Source: Eledone cirrhosa (lineage: Eukaryota). Taken from it: a stretch of 64,000 bases of DNA. The notes beneath the pieces are model-generated. The model saw only the letters and a program-made list of their open reading frames with translations. It was not told where the DNA came from and made no database searches. Shown here piece by piece: positions 40,326 to 52,800 of this stretch. The stretch's first letter is position 1. Each line of letters begins with the position of its first letter. The stretch lies in contig OZ024741.1 of assembly GCA_964016885.1 (NCBI GenBank), positions 52,018,001 through 52,082,000 of the forward strand. Direction: 5' to 3'. Made by a program: the position numbers and the translations under genes.

Positions 40326-41059
40326 TGTGTGTGTGTGTGTCGGTTATAATTTCATAGTTGATAATTTAATTTGACATTCAATCGAAGTATTACGTTTACA
40401 ATCTTAATTTTAAAGCAGCATGCAGCACAATTGAAAAAGAATTATATATGTATAATAACGTGTATTCCTGAAAGGTTGCGTAACCCAAATCTGCCAATTC
40501 TGCCTGATTTAAAATATTTTTAGTTTTTTGCCACAGTTAGAAATATAGATTTTCCATATTTCTAAATTAAAAATACGTGGCTTTTGTCTTTGTACTGAAT
40601 CAAAAAGACACACATCGTTCCATATGACGAGGAAGACACTCTATTAGCTTTATAGAAATCTATAAGAACCATTGAAATCACAACTTACTAGAAATGTTCT
40701 GATGCATTATTTCTTGTTAGATTTCAGTGTAGACAAAGCATAAGAAAGTAGACACCTTTATTCTGTCCGATCTCTTACACATTATTTCATTCTATAAAAC
40801 TCTTCTTCATATATTATTCTCAACAATTGTTCTCTTAACATCCTGTATGTATCACTATATACAGTAAAACAATCAGCATAGCTTGCGTTATTTGACTGCA
40901 TCACTTGATGTTCTCAGTTCGAATCCAGCTGAGGTTGATGTTGACAGTTATCCTCCTATTTTCGATGAAATAAATTACCAGATATTTGTTTTGGACCACC
41001 GTCAGTACTAGCGAAGAGCGATCCAGTTGTATCAATCAATGGGGGCAGCTTGTTCATAA

Positions 41060-41300
41060 AATTAATATGTAAGGGACTAGATAACATCCATGTGCTCTAC
41101 TGGTCTCGCTTGAGGATCCAGCCAGATCAGTTGGAGACGGTTGCTTCTGACTGGACGCGATGGAAGGAGTGTTTGAAGTTTCTGTCCCCACAACCCTCCC
41201 AAGAATAAGTGGGCGAAGAAGAAGAAGAAGAAGAAGAAGAAGAAGAAGAAGAAGAAGAAGAAGAAGAAGAAGAAGAAGAAGAAGAAAAAAGAAGAAGAAT
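41060..41300 (+). mobile_element. RTE LINE 3' end with (GAA)n tail
   Basis: Matches the reverse complement of 19750-19880 (GATCA.TTGGAGACGGTTGCTTC.GAC.GGAC). (GAA)n at 41216-41299. Confidence 0.75.
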
Positions 41301-41696
41301 GTACTGGGCATTCTACAGAAACGTGCACTCTTATCGTAGATCTCAGGGAGATTCAGTGTGACACAGACACAGTGTGTGAAAAGCTTGGCCCTTTAAATTA
41401 CAACTACAGTTTATCTGAGAGGCTTCCGACCAGTTTCCCTCTACCTAATTTCACTTATAATGCATGGTAAATGACACATGTCCAAGAAGCCATGTCGTAC
41501 GGTCGAATTCGGGACCTAATGTCCACGAAACAAACTCCTTAACTATTTGGCATGAACGGCCACCTGCTGGAGTTGGTAAGATCAATGAAAACCAACAATA
41601 GCTACTATGACGATGCAGTGTAACATATATTCTTAAACGGTAAAAAAACTTTCGAGTGGGTTCTTGGTGCCAACCTATATCTGGACATTAGAATTT

Positions 41697-41883
41697 CAGA
41701 CCTGTCAACTCTCCCCGGCCGACGGGGAGATCTCGCACCCACTTAGGTGCGAGCGAGAGATGTTTTCTTTTGTGAAAATGGGTATAGCTTTCATTATGTC
41801 AAATTTCCCCATTTTGCCTCATTTCTTAGGGCACCTTTTTTCATGTTTCTCACCGTTTGAGTTTTTAAAGGTTGGCAAGTCTG
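41697..41883. mobile_element. Possible short MITE
   Basis: Imperfect TIRs CAGACCTGTCAAC / GTTGGCAAGTCTG. No clear TSD. Confidence 0.4.
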
Positions 41884-43671
41884 GAATATCTTTTTTGCGA
41901 ATAGGTATTAGTTTAGTACTCAAGCTATCAGTTCATCCGTTCTCTCTTGGCCAGAATAAGTTGAAAAATAGAGAGAAGTCTTTATTTTGTTATACATCGT
42001 CCTGATATCTCCAATATCTGAGACTGAAATATACTTTGGAATCGATAAGATCGACGAAACTCTTGAAGGCGGTGCCTCAGTATGATCGCAGATCAGTTGA
42101 AGGAATGAAACCCTTGAAATATCTGAATCACTCTGTATTGTTGTTGTTACTTTTCTTTGTTTATGAATGAAACGCAAATCGACAATAATTGTGTGTCCGC
42201 CCGCGCGTGTTTAAATGACAATGTATTTATATATGTTTTCGTATACGTATGTGTGTTTGTTTTATGCTGTTTGTTATGATCATGTTTGGGGGCAAATAAC
42301 ATTTTTTTAGGAACATCATAAAAAAATCAATTCAATAATTCCTTGATTACAAAATTCTATTTGAAGATAGTTGAATCTGCAGTTTTCCGCTGTGAAGTCG
42401 ATTTTTTTTTTTTAAATTTATAGAATATTTTAAGGTCCGTTCTCATATTTTCTACGACCCTAGTTTCTTTTACTATATTCTCTCCTTTTCGCGTAGATGT
42501 TTGGCTTATTTTAAATGTCTAGCGGTGCTTGTTTTTAGTGGGAATATTCGCTGTTCTTTTCTTCATTTAAACGATTTGAGATCTTTGTTCTTTGCCTCAT
42601 AAAATTTTATCTGTCTCAGTAAATTATATTTTTATGTGTACTTGCCTTTCTCACTGTAATAAAGGAAAATATATATGACGCATATTACTTAATATTTGTG
42701 TCATTGCCTTGTATAGAATGACCTTTGAACTAATTCTGATTGAGGATCTCTTTCTGAATCAATATTCATTTAGCTTATTAAAATGGACAAGTTCAATTTT
42801 CTGTTTCATCTTTCCAGGGTCACTAAAATAAAGTACCAGTGAAGTGTATTCCTCAGTTTAATTAGCGAAATACACTCTCAAAAGATATGTGGCCCTTTTG
42901 ACAATGTAACTACATATTTTTACAACCCCTGAATGATGAAACCTAAAATAGACCATGGCGAAATTTGAACTGATTACTTGAAGCAATGAAAGTAAACGTC
43001 ATAAGTCATTTTGTCCAATAATCTACTAATTCTGCTAGTCATAGCCATGGTGCACTGTCACGCATTCTATGTGAAGTAACAATTGACTTTAGCGACCGAA
43101 CACTTGTCTAATAATTTCACGTTGTCCTGTCCATTCAGCTGGCAAAAATGAGTTCTACCTGCAATTTTTTTTTCATAGTATTTATGCTGCTAAAGAGCTT
43201 AATACTGCCGGCATAGCCTACTCTATATATATGGTACTCTTCAGATCTATGTTATTATCAGTAAAACGTATAAAGCTTCCCTTTCTAAGACTCGGAATTT
43301 TCCTGATGTTAACAACGTTTACTTGTCAATGTTGTTACGTCCGTTACAAATTGTTCGTATATTCCAGCTCCTCAAATTTACTGGGTGTTTAATTTACATA
43401 TACCTTTGGAGCTTTTGGTCTCTCTTCATACAAACGACAAAGAGCTTTTTAGAATCATGTGCGAGGGGTTTTCAACATGCCGTGGGTATCCCAATGTTGA
43501 GATGAACAGTAGTTGATCATTGTAACTGAAAACCTGTTCTCATGATCAAAGTTGCCTCATGATTTATTAATGATTTTTTTAGAGATGCTTCGAAATACAC
43601 TGTGTGAGTTGATGGGATTTGGCAGTTGTTTCTAGCGAGTCGAGCGACCACATAGAGGCATCCGCTTATAT

Positions 43672-44004
43672 CTAGTAGTAGTAGTAATAGTAGTAGTAGT
43701 AGTATTAGTATTAGTAGCAGTAGTAGTAGTAGTAGGAGGAGGAGAAGGAGGAGGAAGGGGAGGTGGATAATGATGATGAGGAGATCAAGTTTGCTATTAA
43801 CTGACCGGATGATAATAGTTGCTGTGGTTGGTAATAGTCATATTACCGTTGTTGTTGTTGTCGTTGTTGTCTAACCACATATGACCCTTAATCAGACACA
43901 ACCGTATGGGAGAAAGTATTCCATTATGGCCATCAAGTTTCTTTTTTAAACGTTAGTAAATTGATTAAGCTCTGGTTTCTATTTCAAGACAATGACGGGG
44001 ATAG

Positions 44005-44095
<91 letters not shown>

Positions 44096-44545
44096 GGTGG
44101 TGGTACTGGTGGTCGTGGTGGTGCTGACTGTTGTTGTAGTGGTTGTGGTAGTGGTCGTTATGATAGTGGTAGTGATGGTGATGGTGCTGACTGTTGTGAT
44201 GGTGGTAGTGGGGGTGCTGTCGATATTTGTGGTAGAGGCTGTGGTAGTGGTTGGTGGTGGCGGTTGTAGTTGTAGTTGTGATGGTGGTAGTGATGTACGT
44301 GTGTGATGGGGATGATGATCGTTGTGATGGTTATTGTGGTGGTTGACACAGTGGTGTTTAGTGGTGGAAGTTGTTGCTATGGTGATGACGTTAGTAGTGG
44401 TGCTGCTGATCGTTGTGGTAGTGATCGTTGTGGTATTTATTGTGGTGGTTGACGTGGTTATTGTTATTGTGGAGGTGTGGTGGTGGTGGTGGTAGTTGTG
44501 CTTGTGGTAGCTATGGTTGTGATGGTGGTGGTAGTGGTGTTACTA
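43672..44545. repeat. Degenerate (TAG)n/(GTT)n/(GGT)n low-complexity region
   Basis: Direct sequence. Confidence 0.85.
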
Positions 44546-44962
44546 GTTAGAATAGCGTTATTCATATCACAGGCGTTGAATTCCAAGGGAAACCACTCTT
44601 AAATAAATGTTTTAACATTTCATGGTATAGCATTATGAAGCCAAGAGTTACTTCCCTGGAAACCTTGTGCCTTACAAACATATAGTCAACTACTACTACG
44701 TATCCAATCCAAATAAATAGCGAATTGACAAGATCGTTACAACGTCAGATATAATGCTTCGCGGTATTCGTTCCAATTTTCTGCCCTCTGCGTTCAAATC
44801 CAGCCTAGGCCGTCTTGGCTTTTTACTCTTTCGGGGTTGACAGAAAATTACTTTCCCGGTATTGGGTCGATTTTTCCTCTACCCCCCCCCCCTCTCTCTC
44901 TGGAAGAAATCGGCTGTGCTTAGACTCTACGATTCCAGCATGAGTTATACATACATACATGA

Positions 44963-45286
44963 CGATGGCTGCAACTCGATTTCGAGTAATACCATCGTTT
45001 GATACTTAAGCATGAACATCACGGACGTGGTCTTTTCGTCCTGCTAGCGACTTGCCTATGGCCAGCAATACCAGGCATCGCAAAGAATGTCACATATCAA
45101 GCGATGCCTATGCTTGAAGCTTTTTAAAGTGAGGGAAGGCTTTGCATGGGGCCTATCCCACTCTCTGAACAATGCATTTGCCCAAAAAGAACTGGTCTAT
45201 ATCATTGGTTGCAAACGATGTCGCAGGTTTTATGTCAGAGTGACCTTCTCCTAGAGAGATGTATTAATGAAGACTAGGAGTCTCTC
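44963..45286. repeat. Unclassified interspersed repeat (copy of 21587-21886)
   Basis: Shared AATGTCACATATCAAGCGATGCCTATGCTTGAAGC..GTGACCTTCTCCTAGAGAGATG..GAAGACTAGGAGTCTCTC. Confidence 0.8.
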
Positions 45287-45289
45287 GCT

Positions 45290-45348
<59 letters not shown>

Positions 45349-46207
45349 TTTACGTCCACTTTTCCCTGCTTGCAAGGGTTGGACGGGTCCTATTCACCAC
45401 AGCATCTCTCCACTTGTCACGGTCCTTCGTCATCTCCTCCGTGAGTTTCAGCGATCTGAGGTCTGCTCTCACCACCTCCGCCCATGTTTTTCGTAGTCTA
45501 CCTCTACTGCGTCTTCCTTCTACTGGGATTTCTAGGCACTTCTTTACCCAGCGGTCATCCTCCATGCGCATCACATGTCCATACCATCTCAGCCTACTCT
45601 CCTGCACACCACAACTTATCCCTCTTATACGCAGTTTCTTTCTCAACTCGTCTATGCTTGGTCGTTCACGTACATTGATATTGCACATCCAACGGAGCAT
45701 ACTTGCTTCATTTCTCTCCAGCCGTCGCATATCTTCTGCAGTTGCTGCCCATGTTTCACTACCATGCAGCATCGCGCATCTCACACAAGCATCATATAAC
45801 CGTCCTTTCGTACGCAGAGAGAAACCCTTCTTTGTCAACAGAGGAAGCAGCTTCCTAAACTTCTTCCAACCCGTCCTTATTCTAGATACTATGGCCTCGG
45901 AACACCCCCTTCCCATGCTAATCTGATCACCTAGGTACCGGAGGCTATCAACCACTTCTATAGAACCCATATGCATTGGAAAAATGTGTCTATCACTGCG
46001 ATTACTACTGCCAACTTTCCCTGTACATCTACTGCATACGTAGTTTTCTCTACCTGTTAGTTTGCCTGCTATCCCACTACATATCTTATGTACCCAAGAT
46101 CTGCATTGCGTACATTTTATGGAATATATGCCAGTTCCTTTCCTACATATCGAACATAGCCATTTCCCCGATGGAATCAGAGTATTGTCCTCTCTTCTAC
46201 TTATCAA
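45290..46207 (-). mobile_element. 5'-truncated RTE-clade LINE 3' end with embedded PHD-like finger and (GAT)n tail
   Basis: CSICRKGTGIYSIKCTQCRSWVHKICSG..YVCSRC, then EVVDSLRYLGD, RIRTGWKKF, MLHGSETW, RLRWYGHVMRM, GRRSRGR..KTW. Open frame to 45350. Confidence 0.9.
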
Positions 46208-46221
46208 CATATATATATATA

Positions 46222-48445
46222 TAAATAACAAAATAAGATGCTGAGGTTACATATATCTTTAATCATTATAATTATTTCCACGGTTCTCCATGAAATCGAG
46301 ATGCCCTTCATGCATTTGCTGTTGTTATGAGAACGGTATCCTCAGATGAATTTACCGATATGTTTGATATGTCGCTGGCAGGAAAAAACACACGTCCTAT
46401 TGTTTTCTCAGCAGACATATGAGTTTCTTGAAGACTTTGCCAGCCGTTGTGTTTGCTAGAAAAAGCTATCAACGAAATAAACGAAAAACCTGTGTGTAGC
46501 TAAATCTCAGTAGACACAGGAAGCAATAAATAGAGCTCTGAGGGAGGGTGGGGTATATATTTTGTTGACAACCACCTTAAGACAATAACTACAACTACAA
46601 CGACAACAACAACAACAACGACAACGACAACAACAATAACGACAACAACAATAACGGCAATAACAATAACGACAATAACAGCAAACCGCCGACCAATATC
46701 GTCCACACTGGCCGCATCAGTCGTAGTGATATAACTACCCTACTGACAACAATAACGAAAGCAACAGTTACAGTAAACAGTTACAACAACAACAACAGCA
46801 ACAACGACAACAACAACAACAACAGCAAAAACACAGACCAGCGTCGTGTATACAGGCCGTAGCAGTCGTAGTGACGGTATCACCCCGCCGACAATAACAA
46901 CGATAACGCCAAAGCAATAAAAGGAGTTCTGAGCTAGGTGGATACACAGAATTGGTGGCATCTATCACCATGACCATATATAGCAACAAGAACAATAGTA
47001 ACGGCGGCAACAAACATTAACACTGCCCATCACCTACGCCGGTCGTCGTAATAGTGGTGGTATCATTGATATTAGTATCAAGTCAATGGTAGTGAGCACC
47101 CATTACCCTGCAGCCAGACAATGGTAACACCAACAACAATAACAATAACAACACCAGTGATGAGCTCACCACGGTGATGGCGGCAACAAGATGGCGGTGA
47201 TGGCGGCATCCAAAGGCACAAGGCCAGCAGTAAATACATTGCAGAGAAAAACAAACTAACCACAATAGTAGTCCGTTGAAGCGAAAAATGGGACAGAAAT
47301 ATAGATGGATATTTATATATATAAATAAATACATGCACAGTTAATACAGTCACCTCTATCATTCTAAGGCACAAAGCTAGCAATAATTACAGTGCAGAAA
47401 AACATCTAACCACAATAACATTCAGTTGTAACTACAGTGGCATCAATACTATTAAAAGGGCTGCTAGACTATGGAAGAGAGTTACGGGAAGCGAAAGTAG
47501 GGACAGCAACAAGCAGATAAGAATTCGAGAACAAATATAGGGAACATAATAATAAAAGAACGGGACAAAAATACATAAAAAACAACAGTAGGTATACAAA
47601 CAGAGAATAATGAACAAGGGACATGAAACATGTACACACAGAGACTCCAGGTGTGCAAACAAGTTATCCATGGTTCGCCTGATACTGGGGTTGTTGTGTG
47701 GCCACACCCGGCTCCCACGGTTAAGCTTGCAACAGTCCTCACCTAGTACAACTATGTTGTTAGTCCGTGCAGTTTGATGAAGGTTCCAGATGATCTGTGG
47801 AGGTTACTTCTTTTATTGATAACTCGAGTTCTCCTCTCGATTATTTCCATAATCTCGGTGACACACAAATCGCATGAGTCATGTCCACCCCCTCTGTAGG
47901 GTTGGGATAAGGCTATTTTGGACCACAGCAATGTGTATTCTAAGTTCATGTTTGAGACGCCACACCAGTGCTGAGAGGACGGTGCTGTATTTGTTATCAA
48001 CTCTCCTAAAGGTGTGGCAGTGATTGTACCAGCGTTCCTTAAATTTATTAGCCGTGGCTTCGATATAGGTGAAGGTTTGGTTGTTGCCACTCACCCTACA
48101 TTCATATACTAAGCTACTGCTAAGGCACTTGCCTTCCAGGGGGCAGTTACTGATGTTTCTACAGTTACAGCTAGGAGGAGTGCCGCCGCCCGGACCTCCC
48201 GATCGCGTTGTGTGATTCCCGGTCGTTCACGGTTCAAGATGTTACCAACAGAGGAAGAAGCATCGATTGCATGGAGAACCGTTGAAATAATTATAATGTA
48301 TAATAATATACATGTAACCTCAGCATCTTATTTTGTTATTTTTATAAAATTCTCCATCGTAACTAAAAACTACGATTGTTGAGAGCTTTCTCCTGCTTAC
48401 TCCTGTTTTTACCAAAACAATCTTTTCTGAACCCAATGTGTATAT
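46222..48445 (-). mobile_element. Penelope-like element remnant (GIY-YIG at 47752-48190) with inverted terminal segments
   Basis: CNCRNISNCPLEGKCL..LVYEC..TYIEATANKFKERWYNH..LS..VW.LK..CDLCVTE..INKRS. 46222-46310 is the reverse complement of 48258-48340. Outer limits approximate. Confidence 0.75.
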
Positions 48446-48450
48446 ATATG

Positions 48451-48497
<47 letters not shown>

Positions 48498-48500
<3 letters not shown>

Positions 48501-49130
48501 CTGCTGATCCAGCAGCTTTGAGATTTGAGATGACAACAAATGCAAACTCTGCAGTATTAACGTCGTAGATGACACTTACGAGATAAACAGCTGTCTAAAG
48601 ATGTCACCACAGTACTATGTAGTGATGAGGCAAGATGTATTGGTCAGAACACTATACGATGCAGTCCGTAGGAAATATAGCCCCTGCAATAAACATATTA
48701 AAAGTTACAGCAATGTGGAAGACATATACATACATAATATGAAAGAGTACTAGTGGACTGATCCAGTCAAAACTCCAATAAAATGTAAACATAACAGACC
48801 AGATATAGTTATATGAAACAGGGAATAGAAGGCATGCACAGTCGTGGAAGTCAATTTTCCGGCAGATGCCAATATAATATTAAAGATTAGCGAAAAGGAG
48901 AATATCTATGCTGAACTAATTAGGAATCTACAGATACTCCATCCTGGCTATACCTCCAGATTTATACCTGTGATCATTTGGGCTCTGGAATATGCAACTA
49001 GCTCCTTCTGTACAAATCTTGAGAAGATGGGCTTCACAGAACCAGAATAAACACCACTAGTTAGGAAGTTATAAGTACAATCCATTAATGGAACTGTAAA
49101 AATATGTAAAACATTCTAATAATTCTACAT
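48498..49130 (+). mobile_element. R4/Dong-like non-LTR 3' relic (CCHC knuckle and restriction-like endonuclease)
   Basis: KCKLC..NSCLKM..Y..RQD.L, HNRPDIVI....C.VVEV.FP.D.NI..K..EK...Y..L, IPVII.AL. Many stops. Begins at (TA)n. Confidence 0.75.
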
Positions 49131-49580
49131 GTAATAACTGCATATATGCATGTATAGATACAAAACACATGCATATGTACACATATAACTCAAAGCCTAC
49201 GGAACCACACATACAATAACATCCATGCCTGCACACAAACACACACACGCAAGCATACAGATATATTTACCAGTAATACAGAATTGAGAATTCAAAAGAA
49301 ACGCTCTATGTGAAAACAAAGCTGTTGACTTCCTCAGTGGTATCATGGCCCCTTTCCCCCTCTCTGGCGGTATTTTATTCGATTTTCTCAACTATTATAG
49401 TGAGTGACTATTATTACGGTCATTTACGTTGGGACACTTACATTTCAAATTTCTTGTTCTTCAGGTTTTTGAAGCAAATGTTTTATTTCACTGAAATCAA
49501 TTCGATCTAAGAACCAGGAAATGGTGTTAAACTGGACATGAACATCTAGATTCTGGACTGCTTGTGAGTGGCTATTATTA

Positions 49581-49715
49581 CGTGGCAGAATCGGTAGAGT
49601 GTCGGACACCATGATTTGCCGCATAGAGTTCGATAAAATAAAGTACCAGTAATGCATTGGGGTCGATTTAATCGACTTTCCCCTCCCCTAAAACTGTTGT
49701 CCTTGTGCCTAAATT
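49581..49715 (+). mobile_element. tRNA-derived SINE copy (internally deleted)
   Basis: TGGCAGAATCGGTAGAGTGTCGGAC..CGATAAAATAAAGTACCAGTAATGCATTGGGGTCGAT..CCTTGTGCC. Confidence 0.75.
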
Positions 49716-49897
49716 ACGGTAATTTTTAGGGTAGATAATAAGATCACAAACATCAATATTTGACGGTTAGCTTTCTTAAATAGAAGCAATAAAGCAATGG
49801 AATCGAAATATTAATGGTGTACATTGACTGATGAGTAACATTTTAGATGTATCGAAGGAAGTAAATAAAATATTGTCAGATAATATATATATATATA

Positions 49898-52800
49898 TGA
49901 CTCCTTTGCCGCCAGGATAAAACTCGTTGACAACGTAAACTCCGTTCCACTTATTCTAGTAGGCTTTTATATTTATATGTGAGCTGATAGAGTACTGTCT
50001 AAGGATTTACAGAAACCCATGAAGCTAGATTTAACACCTTTCTAGTGGGTCCGGGTATGATTTTACATTCATTTAAATTATTGACGTATTGTTTTATTGA
50101 TATTTTTTATCTGTTTGGCCCGAATCTTCCTTTATCGATTTTAAATCGTATGGTTGATTGTAGACTTGTTCTATATGTGACGGTATTTTAACGATAGTTA
50201 TAGCTCTGATTCATCTGAATTATTGAGCCCTCTGCCGCTCATATCGAATTTCGTTTTTCGTGAACTCGTGCGCCGATTTTTCGATACTCGATCTTTCTAA
50301 TATATTTAGCTCTGGACATAGCTATCCACCAGTTAATTTTATTGCTCATTTTTTGTCGATTCTATTGAGTGATGAATAGCTTTTGTTTTATTTTAACATG
50401 TCTATTGAGCACTCTAATTCGATATGTGTATTTCCACATTCACTCGAATTGTTTTCGCGGATATAGGGGTCATCTCCCTTGTCTAATGCCATGTGCGTTT
50501 TTCACCGCTAGTTGACTCCTTTGCCGCCAGGATAAAACTCGTTGACAACGTAAACTCCGTTCCACTTATTCTAGTAGGCTTTTATATTTATATGTGAGCT
50601 GATAGAGTACTGTCTAAGGATTTACAGAAACCCATGAAGCTAGATTTAACACCTTTCTAGTGGGTCCGGGTATGATTTTACATTCATTTAAATTATTGAC
50701 GTATTGTTTTATTGATATTTTTTATCTGTTTGGCCCGAATCTTCCTTTATCGATTTTAAATCGTATGGTTGATTGTAGACTTGTTCTATATGTGACGGTA
50801 TTTTAACGATAGTTATAGCTCTGATTCATCTGAATTATTGAGCCCTCTGCCGCTCATATCGAATTTCGTTTTTCGTGAACTCGTGCGCCGATTTTTCGAT
50901 ACTCGATCTTTCTAATATATTTAGCTCTGGACATAGCTATCCACCAGTTAATTTTATTGCTCATTTTTTGTCGATTCTATTGAGTGATGAATAGCTTTTG
51001 TTTTATTTTAACATGTCTATTGAGCACTCTAATTCGATATGTGTATTTCCACATTCACTCGAATTGTTTTCGCGGATATAGGGGTCATCTCCCTTGTCTA
51101 ATGCCATGTGCGTTTTTCACCGCTAGTTGACTCCTTTGCCGCCAGGATAAAACTCGTTGACAACGTAAACTCCGTTCCACTTATTCTAGTAGGCTTTTAT
51201 ATTTATATGTGAGCTGATAGAGTACTGTCTAAGGATTTACAGAAACCCATGAAGCTAGATTTAACACCTTTCTAGTGGGTCCGGGTATGATTTTACATTC
51301 ATTTAAATTATTGACGTATTGTTTTATTGATATTTTTTATCTGTTTGGCCCGAATCTTCCTTTATCGATTTTAAATCGTATGGTTGATTGTAGACTTGTT
51401 CTATATGTGACGGTATTTTAACGATAGTTATAGCTCTGATTCATCTGAATTATTGAGCCCTCTGCCGCTCATATCGAATTTCGTTTTTCGTGAACTCGTG
51501 CGCCGATTTTTCGATACTCGATCTTTCTAATATATTTAGCTCTGGACATAGCTATCCACCAGTTAATTTTATTGCTCATTTTTTGTCGATTCTATTGAGT
51601 GATGAATAGCTTTTGTTTTATTTTAACATGTCTATTGAGCACTCTAATTCGATATGTGTATTTCCACATTCACTCGAATTGTTTTCGCGGATATAGGGGT
51701 CATCTCCCTTGTCTAATGCCATGTGCGTTTTTCACCGCTAGTTGACTCCTTTGCCGCCAGGATAAAACTCGTTGACAACGTAAACTCCGTTCCACTTATT
51801 CTAGTAGGCTTTTATATTTATATGTGAGCTGATAGAGTACTGTCTAAGGATTTACAGAAACCCATGAAGCTAGATTTAACACCTTTCTAGTGGGTCCGGG
51901 TATGATTTTACATTCATTTAAATTATTGACGTATTGTTTTATTGATATTTTTTATCTGTTTGGCCCGAATCTTCCTTTATCGATTTTAAATCGTATGGTT
52001 GATTGTAGACTTGTTCTATATGTGACGGTATTTTAACGATAGTTATAGCTCTGATTCATCTGAATTATTGAGCCCTCTGCCGCTCATATCGAATTTCGTT
52101 TTTCGTGAACTCGTGCGCCGATTTTTCGATACTCGATCTTTCTAATATATTTAGCTCTGGACATAGCTATCCACCAGTTAATTTTATTGCTCATTTTTTG
52201 TCGATTCTATTGAGTGATGAATAGCTTTTGTTTTATTTTAACATGTCTATTGAGCACTCTAATTCGATATGTGTATTTCCACATTCACTCGAATTGTTTT
52301 CGCGGATATAGGGGTCATCTCCCTTGTCTAATGCCATGTGCGTTTTTCACCGCTAGTTGACTCCTTTGCCGCCAGGATAAAACTCGTTGACAACGTAAAC
52401 TCCGTTCCACTTATTCTAGTAGGCTTTTATATTTATATGTGAGCTGATAGAGTACTGTCTAAGGATTTACAGAAACCCATGAAGCTAGATTTAACACCTT
52501 TCTAGTGGGTCCGGGTATGATTTTACATTCATTTAAATTATTGACGTATTGTTTTATTGATATTTTTTATCTGTTTGGCCCGAATCTTCCTTTATCGATT
52601 TTAAATCGTATGGTTGATTGTAGACTTGTTCTATATGTGACGGTATTTTAACGATAGTTATAGCTCTGATTCATCTGAATTATTGAGCCCTCTGCCGCTC
52701 ATATCGAATTTCGTTTTTCGTGAACTCGTGCGCCGATTTTTCGATACTCGATCTTTCTAATATATTTAGCTCTGGACATAGCTATCCACCAGTTAATTTT

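Noticed and set aside
42410-42680. Splice-acceptor-like TTTTCCTTTATTACAG on the - strand as another coding exon
   Set aside because: All three frames hit a stop within about 40 nt. It could only be a non-coding or very short terminal exon.
46290-46350. CTGAGGA on the - strand near the PLE inverted segment as a hammerhead
   Set aside because: No properly placed GAAA or convincing stems II and III.
49984-49991. CTGATAGA in the 615-bp unit as the hammerhead core
   Set aside because: It has an extra base and gives no proximal stem I. The upstream TTGACAA closes stems I and II properly and places this sequence inside stem II.
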